Shown piece after piece: positions 8,536-22,500 of a DNA stretch of 64,000 nucleotides. The stretch's first letter is position 1, and each line of letters begins with the position of its first letter. This DNA is from Bacillota bacterium (GTDB lineage Bacteria; Bacillota; DULZ01): positions 101,697 through 165,696 of the forward strand of contig JBMNIZ010000013.1 of the NCBI GenBank assembly GCA_050951405.1, written 5' to 3'. The notes beneath the pieces were generated by a model that saw only the letters and a program-made list of their open reading frames with translations, ran no database searches and had not been told where the DNA came from. The position numbers were made by a program, and so were the translations under genes.

Positions 8536-10235
8536 CAGACTGTAGACAAAAATGGCCTTTAGGAAGCAAAACCTAAAGGCCAAATTCTTTTTAAACATAA
8601 AATTGCTGAAATATTAGAGAGCACCTCCTGCAGCGGGGAGGTTGTGGGCGGTAATGTCCGTTGTTTCCGCTTCCACATGGCCAGCTTTTTCAGATTCATG
8701 CATGCAAAAAGAAGCGTGAGATAGTGCTGCACTTTTCTCAAGCCTCGAAGCTGCGTGTAGCGCATCCCATGTTTTTCTTTGGCATCGGCAAAAACACGCT
8801 CAATTGTCTCGCCGCGCTTACGATAAAGTTCTTTGCCTCGATCGGTGTACCTAAGATCTTCAGCTATTTCCACATAAGGCTCCCATAAATGACGGGTGAT
8901 AACCTTGGTAAAATTTTTGCTCTGTGTGCACTTCATTCTATGCTCACAGCCGATGCAAATTTTAGGATCACTCTTGTATTCACGGTAACCATCCCGGTTG
9001 GTGGTGGTGTACTTTAAAATCTGGTTATTGGGGCAAATGTAGCAATCGTAGTATTCATCATAAACATAATCACGTTTTCTGAAATAGCCCTTCTTTGTCA
9101 TAGGGCGCTTGTACGGCATGATAGGATCTTTGCCGGCTTCGACTATCTCCCGGCAGATGGCCGGGGTTTTGTATGCAGAATCTGTAACTACAGACTCGAC
9201 TTCGGGGTGCTGTTCAATGACTTGCTGGAAAACATCGGAGAAAACCTGGCTGTCGTGAACATTGCCGGGAGCTGCTTTTAATCCCAAGACAAAATTATTC
9301 ATATCACAGGCAACGGTTACAGTATAGGCAAAGCATTTCTCCTTTTCACTCTTGTAGAACATGCCGCTTTCCGGGTCTGTTGTACTTTCTATGATTTCTC
9401 GTTTTTTGCCGCCGTCAGCCGGGGTGCCTCCTTCATCTCCGGAATCATTGCCTTCGTCTTCATCATCAGCAAACGGTTCCTTGCCATGGGATTTCCTATC
9501 CTCGTTAATTTCATAAAGCAAATCACGTTTGTATTTATGTACACGATGCCTGACCATTTTTTTGATGTACTTCTTCTTATTGGCGCTGGCTTTGACATGA
9601 GTGGCATCAATGAAAATGGCGCTGGTGTTGAGAAACCCGCAGTTAATGGCTTCTTCGAGAACACGCGCAAAAATTTTTTCAAAAATGTCGCTTTCCTGAA
9701 ACCGTCTCACGTAATTCTTGCCAAAGGTAGAGAAGTGAGGGATCTGCTCCTGCAAGCCATATCCCAGAAACCAGCGGTAAGCGACGTTTACTTTTACCTC
9801 TTCTATGGTCTGCCGCATTGAACGGATGCCATAGAGTGCCTGCAGGATCAACAGCTTAATTAGAACAACCGGATCTACACTGGGACGGCCATGGTTTTCT
9901 GAATACAGGTCTTTTACTTCATCATAGATGAAGCTAAAGTCAATACTCTCCTGGACGGCTCTAAGCAGATGGTTTTCCGGAACCAGGCTGTCTATGCAAA
10001 CAATTTCCATTTGGTTAACAGCTTCACGGTCTTTTTTCGCAAGCATTTTATCACCCCGGCTATTGGTTTTTCCCATAATATAATTTCGTTAAAAGGGCTG
10101 AAAATGCCTGCAATTACTGGCTTTTTTACACTTTTGCCAAAGATTTTTTGCGCACGGCAATTATGAATTATAAATGAAAATGCAAACCAAGGATCGGCCA
10201 AGGTTTGCATTTCATAAGACTTTGTCTACAGTCTG
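8536..10235 (-). mobile_element. IS1182-family element, 1700 bp, 19-bp target duplication
   Basis: Terminal IR CAGACTGTAGACAAA / TTTGTCTACAGTCTG; AAGCGGAATAAATCCGCTT duplicated at 8517..8535 and 10236..10254. Confidence 0.92.
8559..10046 (-). CDS. IS1182-family DDE transposase
   Basis: GRPSVDP, IDATHVKA, STTDPES, YRKRGETIERVFADAKEKHG motifs; probable start ATG 10046 (track: 10076). Confidence 0.9.
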   Translation of the reverse strand: MLAKKDREAVNQMEIVCIDSLVPENHLLRAVQESIDFSFIYDEVKDLYSENHGRPSVDPVVLIKLLILQALYGIRSMRQTIEEVKVNVAYRWFLGYGLQEQIPHFSTFGKNYVRRFQESDIFEKIFARVLEEAINCGFLNTSAIFIDATHVKASANKKKYIKKMVRHRVHKYKRDLLYEINEDRKSHGKEPFADDEDEGNDSGDEGGTPADGGKKREIIESTTDPESGMFYKSEKEKCFAYTVTVACDMNNFVLGLKAAPGNVHDSQVFSDVFQQVIEQHPEVESVVTDSAYKTPAICREIVEAGKDPIMPYKRPMTKKGYFRKRDYVYDEYYDCYICPNNQILKYTTTNRDGYREYKSDPKICIGCEHRMKCTQSKNFTKVITRHLWEPYVEIAEDLRYTDRGKELYRKRGETIERVFADAKEKHGMRYTQLRGLRKVQHYLTLLFACMNLKKLAMWKRKQRTLPPTTSPLQEVLSNISAILCLKRIWPLGFAS

Positions 10236-10293
10236 AAGCGGAATAAATCCGCTTTTCTTTTTCTTCATATTTTCCCGGCCATTTGCCTTTTCA

Positions 10294-10470
10294 TTAAACA
10301 GAACGTTTGGGGCATTTCTGGTCATTCATTATGTATTTTAAAGGCTTGCCCCCATATTCAGTACAAGTTATATAATCAATGGCATTCTTACAGTAAGCAC
10401 ACTGGGAAAATTCCATTCTCAAATCTCCTTTTTCCCATCTCCATTTATCTTTCTGTTTAGGTTTTACCAT
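10294..10470 (-). CDS. 58-aa Cys-rich phage-like protein inside the oversized spacer
   Basis: GGAGGGG RBS; MVKPKQKDKWRWEKGDLRMEFSQCAYCKNAIDYITCTEYGGKPLKYIMNDQKCPKRSV*; terminator follows. Confidence 0.65.
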   Translation of the reverse strand: MVKPKQKDKWRWEKGDLRMEFSQCAYCKNAIDYITCTEYGGKPLKYIMNDQKCPKRSV

Positions 10471-10544
10471 CGCAACCCCTCCTTTTTTTACTCCTTTCCT
10501 TTTTTCCATTTATTACTACTACTTACTATATATATTATACTATA

Positions 10545-13500
10545 GTTTCAATTCCTCATAGGTAGGCTAAAAACGTACTCAAAAGAAAAAACGAATTCTA
10601 TGAATCGGTAGTTTCAATTCCTCATAGGTAGGCTAAAAACGTCAAATGCCCGCTGGAGATTATTACTGAAGCAATAGTTTCAATTCCTCATAGGTAGGCT
10701 AAAAACGTCACAACGGCTGGCGACAATATGAATTCTTTTTGCTAGTTTCAATTCCTCATAGGTAGGCTAAAAACAATATTCCCCAAATATCAACTTAGGG
10801 AATGGCTCAAGTTTCAATTCCTCATAGGTAGGCTAAAAACGAGCAGCAACTAATGGTGTTTTTACTGTGAAATACAGTTTCAATTCCTCATAGGTAGGCT
10901 AAAAACCGAATAGACGTGGGTATCGTCCAGGGCAAGGCAACGTAGTTTCAATTCCTCATAGGTAGGCTAAAAACTGACGAATCGCATTTTTAAGGAGAAA
11001 TCCCATGATAGTTTCAATTCCTCATAGGTAGGCTAAAAACTAAATTCTTCTAATTCAACTCCCTTCCTGGTTATTGCAGTTTCAATTCCTCATAGGTAGG
11101 CTAAAAACATCAAACCATTGGAACATTCCGAAATCAGGCACAAGAGTTTCAATTCCTCATAGGTAGGCTAAAAACTTACCAATGGAATACTTGCCATTCA
11201 AGAAATACAGGCGTTTCAATTCCTCATAGGTAGGCTAAAAACAAAAAGCAGATGGTACAAGTTCCGATATTACAAGCGGGTTTCAATTCCTCATAGGTAG
11301 GCTAAAAACATTTCAGTATCATCGCTGTAAAATCCACACTCGATAGTTTCAATTCCTCATAGGTAGGCTAAAAACCTTTTACCTGTTGGTCCAGCGCCAG
11401 CCACTGCTCTCCAAGTTTCAATTCCTCATAGGTAGGCTAAAAACTGAATTGACCGGCTTTGATATGGACGAGATAGAGGACTGTGTTTCAATTCCTCATA
11501 GGTAGGCTAAAAACAAGACTGGACATAGAACACAGCGGTGAAATCAGCATGTGTTTCAATTCCTCATAGGTAGGCTAAAAACTATAATAAATGGCATAGT
11601 AGAAGCCATACCCAAAAGTTTCAATTCCTCATAGGTAGGCTAAAAACTAACCAAAGCGGCTATATTTTGGCAAAGGTATGCAAGTTTCAATTCCTCATAG
11701 GTAGGCTAAAAACGGAAACGTCAACAATGCAATAAAAGAGAAGCTTCAGGTTTCAATTCCTCATAGGTAGGCTAAAAACCTACGAGAGCCGAAACGATTG
11801 CAACAATGACACATAGTTTCAATTCCTCATAGGTAGGCTAAAAACCCAGGTCTCTTAACACTCCTAGAATTATTTCAATACTAAGTTTCAATTCCTCATA
11901 GGTAGGCTAAAAACCGTACCCCATCCATTTGCTTATGGTTGGTTTCACTAGTTTCAATTCCTCATAGGTAGGCTAAAAACTCGGGGATAGGGTTGTTGTC
12001 CTCATCCACGTTAGAGTTTCAATTCCTCATAGGTAGGCTAAAAACAGAAGTCTTGGGCCACATCCACTGTCGGCAATATAAAGTTTCAATTCCTCATAGG
12101 TAGGCTAAAAACGTTATCGCATCCCTCGTCAGAAGTTCCGAGTATGGCCAGTTTCAATTCCTCATAGGTAGGCTAAAAACGTTAACCGGCCGACTTACTG
12201 CCCCGAATGTATTAAGTTTCAATTCCTCATAGGTAGGCTAAAAACACTCGTCAACGATTTCTCCGCACTCCGGACAACGTGGTTTCAATTCCTCATAGGT
12301 AGGCTAAAAACTGTAGGAATTTTGTGCAGTGGGGAAAAAGGACCATAGTTTCAATTCCTCATAGGTAGGCTAAAAACACTTACGAAAGCCGGATTGCTCA
12401 TTCCGATTTTAAGGGGTTTCAATTCCTCATAGGTAGGCTAAAAACTATCCCGAATCCCTTGTTGTATTTCCAGGAGGGTTGTTTCAATTCCTCATAGGTA
12501 GGCTAAAAACTCGGGGATAGGGTTGTTGTCCTCATCCACGTTAGAGTTTCAATTCCTCATAGGTAGGCTAAAAACACCTCGTCTGAAGTGTATGGGAAAG
12601 CTGGGAAAATCGTGTTTCAATTCCTCATAGGTAGGCTAAAAACTCTAACTGCATAAAAGTGCTCGATAAATCAATCCAATGTTTCAATTCCTCATAGGTA
12701 GGCTAAAAACTGTCACCGATGACCTCGCAATATCCCGGCAAACTGTGTTTCAATTCCTCATAGGTAGGCTAAAAACCAATTCACTTCGGCGGAGACCGCC
12801 CAAGATAGCCGTGTTTCAATTCCTCATAGGTAGGCTAAAAACTGGGAAAGCGAGGGTGAGGAAGGATGACACTACAGGAAAGTTTCAATTCCTCATAGGT
12901 AGGCTAAAAACCCTTCTCCTTCTCCTTCACCTTCACCTTCTATGAATGGTTTCAATTCCTCATAGGTAGGCTAAAAACAAGAACCGCTCTTCCGCTTCCT
13001 CACCGCATATGTCAGTTTCAATTCCTCATAGGTAGGCTAAAAACGCATTTTGGAACAAGGAGAAAAGTGATGTATTTTTGCGTTGTTTCAATTCCTCATA
13101 GGTAGGCTAAAAACGGCCACCTTGAGCTTCGGATATTTGGAAAGCGAAAACGAGTTTCAATTCCTCATAGGTAGGCTAAAAACGAGTGGCAAAGGTTAGA
13201 TGTGATCGTAACCCATAAAAGTTTCAATTCCTCATAGGTAGGCTAAAAACTTGGATTGGTGGGAGAAAGAAGCCGGTATTACACCGTTTCAATTCCTCAT
13301 AGGTAGGCTAAAAACGCTGTCTACATTGAAGCCAAGACCTTCGCTCAAAATAAGTTTCAATTCCTCATAGGTAGGCTAAAAACCATTTATTTCGGCTTTG
13401 ATGTCGTCAGCCCGGGCTTGTTTCAATTCCTCATAGGTAGGCTAAAAACGAGACAACCTGAAAAAATACCGAAAAGAAAAGGACTGTTTCAATTCCTCAT

Positions 13501-16500
13501 AGGTAGGCTAAAAACTACGTTCACCCTATACTGCTTTGCGTCTCTAGCCAGTTTCAATTCCTCATAGGTAGGCTAAAAACTCCTTCAAAACGCCCTGATA
13601 TTTAAGAATACCCCTGTTTCAATTCCTCATAGGTAGGCTAAAAACATCGGTTATCCCAGCAACAGCCATTACTTCTTCGGCGTTTCAATTCCTCATAGGT
13701 AGGCTAAAAACGGGAAGATGAAAGGCACGTTATCATAGCTAACAGGGAGTTTCAATTCCTCATAGGTAGGCTAAAAACGAAGGAAGCGGAGGGAAGTTCC
13801 TAGCGGCGTTTCCTCCAGTTTCAATTCCTCATAGGTAGGCTAAAAACGAGCAAATTGCATACATGGAGTTATTGGCGCGACGCAGTTTCAATTCCTCATA
13901 GGTAGGCTAAAAACAAAACCGTTTGCGACATATACAATGGACGGGTCATGTTTCAATTCCTCATAGGTAGGCTAAAAACCCAGAAGAGCCGGGTATGCTC
14001 TTTGCCAAGTCTGATGTTTCAATTCCTCATAGGTAGGCTAAAAACAAAATTTAGTCATTCAAAAATTGGGCCAATTGTGGATGTTTCAATTCCTCATAGG
14101 TAGGCTAAAAACGCTTCACTGCGTTCAGGGTACTGAGCACGGCATAACAGTTTCAATTCCTCATAGGTAGGCTAAAAACAGAAATCTAAATCCTGGTTGT
14201 AACGCACCCTGGCAAGTTTCAATTCCTCATAGGTAGGCTAAAAACATATACTAAAAAATCCCGCATCTGCAAACAAAGACAGATGTTTCAATTCCTCATA
14301 GGTAGGCTAAAAACCATATGGGAGCAATCCTCAATGGTACAAAGAGGGGGAGTTTCAATTCCTCATAGGTAGGCTAAAAACGCTGTAATAGAATATTCAC
14401 ATTTGTCAATTGTATCGTGTTTCAATTCCTCATAGGTAGGCTAAAAACCGGGAGCAGTTGCCGCCACATCTGGCAGGCCGCAGGTTTCAATTCCTCATAG
14501 GTAGGCTAAAAACGCCAGATCAGGTGCCAGAAGCGAAGTCTCTGCCGGAAAGTTTCAATTCCTCATAGGTAGGCTAAAAACGGGATGTGGAATTTCAAAA
14601 TTCTTTGTTCCACTTACAGGTTTCAATTCCTCATAGGTAGGCTAAAAACAAACAAAAGAGATTGTGAGAATATGGAGATTGGAGGAAGTTTCAATTCCTC
14701 ATAGGTAGGCTAAAAACACATGAGCGATAGTGAAGACACGCTCCGGCGCAGAAAGTTTCAATTCCTCATAGGTAGGCTAAAAACGGCAAGTGAATTGTAT
14801 CCGTATACCGAAGAAGACCTGTGTTTCAATTCCTCATAGGTAGGCTAAAAACTTGAAACGCACCATCCTTTTCTGATTTCTCAGTCCGGGTTTCAATTCC
14901 TCATAGGTAGGCTAAAAACCACATTTCATGCAAATACCCCCGTCGCGCTCGTAAAGTTTCAATTCCTCATAGGTAGGCTAAAAACCCCGCTTAACCTGGG
15001 CGAGGGCTGTAACGGAAGGAAGTTTCAATTCCTCATAGGTAGGCTAAAAACAGGAGCAGCAATGGAAAAAGCAAGTCCAAGCTGCCATGTTTCAATTCCT
15101 CATAGGTAGGCTAAAAACACTGTAACCTGCACACCTTCCGAGGTCTCTTTTGCCGGTTTCAATTCCTCATAGGTAGGCTAAAAACTTGAGATGGAGGAAA
15201 CAAAGTCGCAGGAGTACTTTTAGTTTCAATTCCTCATAGGTAGGCTAAAAACAAATGGAACAACGCATATCTGATTTGGAAATGGCTAGTTTCAATTCCT
15301 CATAGGTAGGCTAAAAACAGTGTCAGTGGGCAAAGTGGCGGGATCGGCTAGCTTGGGTTTCAATTCCTCATAGGTAGGCTAAAAACTAGTAGCCTCTGTG
15401 GTCGTTATAACAGGGTCGGGCAAAGGTTTCAATTCCTCATAGGTAGGCTAAAAACTATGTTTTTGATCGTGAATTGAACTTTCTAGGCATCGTTTCAATT
15501 CCTCATAGGTAGGCTAAAAACCCAACACTTCAAGGCCTTTTTGTTCTAGCATAGGTAAGGTTTCAATTCCTCATAGGTAGGCTAAAAACCTTACCATTCA
15601 CACTATCTACATTCCCACCCTTAGCGTGTTTCAATTCCTCATAGGTAGGCTAAAAACACAAGAGACCGGTGCTGCAGACATGTACGAGGGATAGCAGTTT
15701 CAATTCCTCATAGGTAGGCTAAAAACCCCGGCAACTCCATATAAAACTTAATTACGTTTGCAAGTTTCAATTCCTCATAGGTAGGCTAAAAACCGGCGGA
15801 GGCTGAGGAGGAGTTCAAAATGAGAAAGGTGTTTCAATTCCTCATAGGTAGGCTAAAAACTTGGGAAATGAAGGCGGTTACCGTCTGGGGCCGTTAGAGT
15901 TTCAATTCCTCATAGGTAGGCTAAAAACGCTCCATATCCCGCAATGCATTACCGCCCAATGCAAGTTTCAATTCCTCATAGGTAGGCTAAAAACCACCAG
16001 CAAGCCCAGGAACGGGTACATTGACCCAGCTGAGTTTCAATTCCTCATAGGTAGGCTAAAAACAGAAGCCTGGCTACTGCCGATGGTTGCTGCGAATACG
16101 TGTTTCAATTCCTCATAGGTAGGCTAAAAACAGAAAACCACTTGACTTTTTACTGATGGGGATATATAAGTTTCAATTCCTCATAGGTAGGCTAAAAACC
16201 AGAAACAGTGTTGAGACTTGGTTCCGTTTTAAAGGTTACGTTTCAATTCCTCATAGGTAGGCTAAAAACCCCCGGCAATCTCCCCTTTTTCGATAATCCA
16301 TTCTAGTTTCAATTCCTCATAGGTAGGCTAAAAACATTGATAGCGGAACTGGAGCGGCGCGGATATAAGTAGTTTCAATTCCTCATAGGTAGGCTAAAAA
16401 CTGAAGACGCTAGACACTTTGTAAAAACATTATTAAAGATGTTTCAATTCCTCATAGGTAGGCTAAAAACGACTACTGAGAGTAGAGTAATCAATGAACA

Positions 16501-19500
16501 AGGCGAAGGTTTCAATTCCTCATAGGTAGGCTAAAAACGCGACACAGAGGAAAATTCCAATCCTTCCGAAAGCCAGTTTCAATTCCTCATAGGTAGGCTA
16601 AAAACTGACTTTTCCACCCATCTCGGTTGGACAATCCGATGAAGTTTCAATTCCTCATAGGTAGGCTAAAAACCTTATAGAAGAAGGTTTGCTCTCAGAC
16701 TTCGTATTATGTTTCAATTCCTCATAGGTAGGCTAAAAACTGCCAGGAGGCGGTCCTTGTGTTGCTGGGATTGGTGTTTCAATTCCTCATAGGTAGGCTA
16801 AAAACATCTGCTGCGACACGCTGCGCAGCTCTTTTACTTTTGCGTTTCAATTCCTCATAGGTAGGCTAAAAACATTTACTTGAGAGGCTTTTTCCTCATA
16901 GCTTAATGTGGTTTCAATTCCTCATAGGTAGGCTAAAAACTCCGGCACAGCCAAGAAGTGGCTGAAAGGTGGTGAAGTTTCAATTCCTCATAGGTAGGCT
17001 AAAAACAGGCAACGAAGTGAGAGACGTTCTTGGCATGAGCCCGTGTTTCAATTCCTCATAGGTAGGCTAAAAACTTTTAAACCTTTTAGCGCTTCATTTA
17101 GCAAATCCTGTTTCAATTCCTCATAGGTAGGCTAAAAACCCGTAACCTGCACACCTTCCGAGGTCTCTTTTGCGGGTTTCAATTCCTCATAGGTAGGCTA
17201 AAAACGTCATGGTGTCAAGGGTTTTTTTTATTTCAATTTTGTGTTTCAATTCCTCATAGGTAGGCTAAAAACATCTGCAAACAAAGACAGACTCAAAGCG
17301 GCGGAAAGTTTCAATTCCTCATAGGTAGGCTAAAAACGGCGATGGTAGCCGATGGCATGAGATATATAACAAGTTTCAATTCCTCATAGGTAGGCTAAAA
17401 ACTGGGAAAGCGAGGGTGAGGAAGGATGACACTACAGGAAAGTTTCAATTCCTCATAGGTAGGCTAAAAACTCCAGTTATAGCGTCGGTCGCTTGCCCTG
17501 AATTCGTGTTTCAATTCCTCATAGGTAGGCTAAAAACTTTGTGCATGTAAATCATTCAATAATTGTTCTACGGGTTTCAATTCCTCATAGGTAGGCTAAA
17601 AACAAGGAAAATATACTCATGCGCCTTTGTGCATCTATCTTGTTTCAATTCCTCATAGGTAGGCTAAAAACTTAAGCCGTACAAAGCGGGCTACCTTGTT
17701 TGTGCAAGTTTCAATTCCTCATAGGTAGGCTAAAAACTTCATCTGAAGTGTATGGGAAAGCTGGGAAAATCGTGTTTCAATTCCTCATAGGTAGGCTAAA
17801 AACCGTTAATCCCGGCAAAAACTAATTAAAAGGAGGAATAGTTTCAATTCCTCATAGGTAGGCTAAAAACGGCCAAGTTCGCCTGAATATCATCATATGC
17901 CTGGCAGAGTTTCAATTCCTCATAGGTAGGCTAAAAACACACAAACCACATTAAAGGAGGTTATATAAATGAAGTTTCAATTCCTCATAGGTAGGCTAAA
18001 AACGTGGTGCAAAACCGAAATGCTCTGCAAGGGTGTTGAGTTTCAATTCCTCATAGGTAGGCTAAAAACACTATGCGAAAAAATGGCGTACCGCTGATGA
18101 AAGCGAAGTTTCAATTCCTCATAGGTAGGCTAAAAACAAGAAAAAGCTTTGGGGCTGAAATCTCGACTAAAAAGTTTCAATTCCTCATAGGTAGGCTAAA
18201 AACGGGAATTAACAGACATTCTTTGCGATGGCCGGGTGTGTTTCAATTCCTCATAGGTAGGCTAAAAACACGAAATTGTTGATGGAGAAATCAAGATATT
18301 GAGCCATGTTTCAATTCCTCATAGGTAGGCTAAAAACGGATATCTGCTTACTAAAGATTATGCCTTGAAATGTGAGTTTCAATTCCTCATAGGTAGGCTA
18401 AAAACAGTGGACGCTATGACGCAGGCACTAATGAGATTGAAGTTTCAATTCCTCATAGGTAGGCTAAAAACGTTCTACCGTAAAGCACCGGACAAATTCG
18501 ATGAGAGTTTCAATTCCTCATAGGTAGGCTAAAAACCCTTCGCACTTTCAACGGTTTATGTAATTAAGATTGTTTCAATTCCTCATAGGTAGGCTAAAAA
18601 CCCATGATCATCGGCCCGGGGCCAATGGGTTCTGTGCGCGTTTCAATTCCTCATAGGTAGGCTAAAAACTTAGGTGGTGTTTATTATGACTGTAGGTGAA
18701 TTAAGTTTCAATTCCTCATAGGTAGGCTAAAAACATTTGTACCTCCGACCACTTGAATATCAATACTCCGGTTTCAATTCCTCATAGGTAGGCTAAAAAC
18801 CAACAAGGTTATCCACGGCGCCCTGGAACAGGCAAGTTTCAATTCCTCATAGGTAGGCTAAAAACGATTTATGTCGACTTCTATTTCTGAAAAATTATGG
18901 TCTGTTTCAATTCCTCATAGGTAGGCTAAAAACGTGGACCTGGAAGAAGGCGTTATCTACATTCGCAAGTTTCAATTCCTCATAGGTAGGCTAAAAACCT
19001 GTTTTAAAAATCACATATATTCTCATCATCTATACAGTTTCAATTCCTCATAGGTAGGCTAAAAACACAGCTTGAATAGTGGCCGGGAAATCCATTCTAT
19101 CTCGTTTCAATTCCTCATAGGTAGGCTAAAAACGCTGAAACTACTCAAAAATCCAAGCTGGCGCAGGTGTGTTTTCAATTCCTCATAGGTAGGCTAAAAA
19201 CATCGCGAGGCAGGGGCGGGGCCTGGTGTGAAATTGGAGTTTCAATTCCTCATAGGTAGGCTAAAAACCTGCAGTATTTCTTCCCGCTGCAAGTCATTCT
19301 CCAGTTTCAATTCCTCATAGGTAGGCTAAAAACGATTCATGCTAAGTTGTTTTAATTTTTCACCGCAATTGTTTCAATTCCTCATAGGTAGGCTAAAAAC
19401 CAGCCGGCCGGCCAGGTCATCCTCATGCCAACGGGTCAGTTTCAATTCCTCATAGGTAGGCTAAAAACCGGAGCGCCGAGCTCGGGCAGCCCTGACATGG

Positions 19501-22500
19501 GCAAGTTTCAATTCCTCATAGGTAGGCTAAAAACGGTAGACACAGGGGAGGATGGAGTGCCTACACTGAGTTTCAATTCCTCATAGGTAGGCTAAAAACG
19601 GCCAATGGGTTCAAATGCCTGTCCCTCTCATGCAATAGTTTCAATTCCTCATAGGTAGGCTAAAAACTCTGCCGTATGCATCCCCATGGCCAGCTCCGGC
19701 GCAGTTTCAATTCCTCATAGGTAGGCTAAAAACGGTGGTGCAAAACCGAAATGCTCTGCAAGGGTGTTGAGTTTCAATTCCTCATAGGTAGGCTAAAAAC
19801 GCTTTCCTCTTCCAAACATGCCGCCAAAAGTAGCAAAGTTTCAATTCCTCATAGGTAGGCTAAAAACACGGCGTTCGATGCTGGGCATTGTGGGCCTCCT
19901 TTCTGTTTCAATTCCTCATAGGTAGGCTAAAAACGATTCCTGAGCCAAAGAACGCTCCTTGGGTAGCTAAAAAGTTTCAATTCCTCATAGGTAGGCTAAA
20001 AACGCTGGGAGGATGCGAAGCCGCTTGAACCGATGCCAATGTTTCAATTCCTCATAGGTAGGCTAAAAACGAGGAAATATTTTTAGGAGGAGTTGAAAGC
20101 AGGTGAAGTTTCAATTCCTCATAGGTAGGCTAAAAACGTAGCTGAAAGGTTGGGGTGGTATTGATAAAGTATAGCAGTTTCAATTCCTCATAGGTAGGCT
20201 AAAAACTGACAGTGCTCACGAAATGATCGCCGCAATAGAATTGTGTTTCAATTCCTCATAGGTAGGCTAAAAACAGGGGTATGCGCAATACGTTCAAGTA
20301 ATAGAAACCGCGTTTCAATTCCTCATAGGTAGGCTAAAAACCCAACAGGACAGAGAGCAGTACAGGCAATATAACCAGTTTCAATTCCTCATAGGTAGGC
20401 TAAAAACATTACGAGCATCCATACCCTGCCTACCGATGACGACGGTTTCAATTCCTCATAGGTAGGCTAAAAACTGTATGGCGTTACCGCTAAAAGAATA
20501 TTTGCAGTTAAAAGTTTCAATTCCTCATAGGTAGGCTAAAAACTGCCGTCCATCATTTCATATAAAACTTCTTCGCCTAGTTTCAATTCCTCATAGGTAG
20601 GCTAAAAACAAGCATCCGGGGATTATAACAACACAAGGCCGTCAGGTTTCAATTCCTCATAGGTAGGCTAAAAACGATAAATGTCAAATTTCTTGACTAT
20701 TATTGATGTCAAGTTTCAATTCCTCATAGGTAGGCTAAAAACGTTTCAATGGCACAATTATGGCACAGCAGAAACCAGTTTCAATTCCTCATAGGTAGGC
20801 TAAAAACCCCTGATTACTGTCTCAGTGAAAGTCAACGTCACTGTAGTTTCAATTCCTCATAGGTAGGCTAAAAACTTGGAAAGATTGGCTTCCTTCTATT
20901 GCGATTTGCCGTGTTTCAATTCCTCATAGGTAGGCTAGAAACCACAAGCGGAGCTATTCATGAAGAGTTACAATGCTCGTTTCAATTCCTCATAGGTAGG
21001 CTAAAAACCGTAGAATTGAAAACCATATCGGAAATACTGGGGCAGTTTCAATTCCTCATAGGTAGGCTAAAAACGCAAATCATCCAAGTATTACTACGAC
21101 GCCGAGGCTATGTTTCAATTCCTCATAGGTAGGCTAAAAACGTGAGCAGGGTTATTCTATTGTTTGGATTGAACTGAGTTTCAATTCCTCATAGGTAGGC
21201 TAAAAACGAAATCTAAATCCTGGTTGTAGCGCACCCTGGCGAGTTTCAATTCCTCATAGGTAGGCTAAAAACCGAGGAAATCATGCCGGGAAGGGAGGTT
21301 GCCTGATGAAGTTTCAATTCCTCATAGGTAGGCTAAAAACCAGTCTTCAGGCCGGTTAGGCTTAAAAGGCTGGCAGGGTTTCAATTCCTCATAGGTAGGC
21401 TAAAAACGCAGCCAAGAGAGGGGAATATATTTTACCTAGCTGAGTTTCAATTCCTCATAGGTAGGCTAAAAACACGATAGCCGGGGCAGCTCCAAATGTA
21501 ACTTTGAATTTGTTTCAATTCCTCATAGGTAGGCTAAAAACACCCTGGCCGACGCCTTTATGTGGCTGCTATTTGAGTTTCAATTCCTCATAGGTAGGCT
21601 AAAAACACGCGCAGGGTTGTGGTTTCTTTGTTACCGCCGTCACCGATGTTTCAATTCCTCATAGGTAGGCTAAAAACGAACAGCACCGACAAAGGCTTCT
21701 TGAAGCCAAGAAAAAGTTTCAATTCCTCATAGGTAGGCTAAAAACCTAAACTGGTGTTGCCCGCTGTCGGCTGGTTCGAGGAGTTTCAATTCCTCATAGG
21801 TAGGCTAAAAACCGCCCAAAGCCAAGCCTATCAAGCAGACACTTTCCGGTTTCAATTCCTCATAGGTAGGCTAAAAACTAAAAGACCCATTCGGCATCGC
21901 CACAGGCTTTGGACGGTTTCAATTCCTCATAGGTAGGCTAAAAACCGTGACCTGATTCAGGTACTTTGATTGCGCCGGATTCGAGTTTCAATTCCTCATA
22001 GGTAGGCTAAAAACATATTCACTATTTGTGGCATAGAAACACTATCCTCGTTTCAATTCCTCATAGGTAGGCTAAAAACGTACGTTGTTACTTACAACAA
22101 TGAGCACTTAGATGAGTTTCAATTCCTCATAGGTAGGCTAAAAACTATAAATCAGAAGGTTTCCGGCATATTGAAAAGAAAGGTTTCAATTCCTCATAGG
22201 TAGGCTAAAAACCAGGAGCAGGTCAACGAACAGTTCCGCAAAGGCGAAAGTTTCAATTCCTCATAGGTAGGCTAAAAACGTTAGGCAGGAGAAAATCATA
22301 TCAACTATTTCCGGGAGTTTCAATTCCTCATAGGTAGGCTAAAAACATAGAGAAGTCCAGTCTCCGCTAGTCCCGGCACGAGTTTCAATTCCTCATAGGT
22401 AGGCTAAAAACGACTGGTATCGCCAGGTGGCATAGTCAACTACAAACAGTTTCAATTCCTCATAGGTAGGCTAAAAACTTTGCGCTGCTCAATTTTTTTG

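Larger units (their letters stand above)
8396..10544 (-). other. Oversized spacer (430 bp once IS1182 and one target copy are removed)
   Basis: Lies between perfect repeats 8366..8395 and 10545..10574; holds a small ORF, a terminator and a truncated gene start. Confidence 0.8.
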
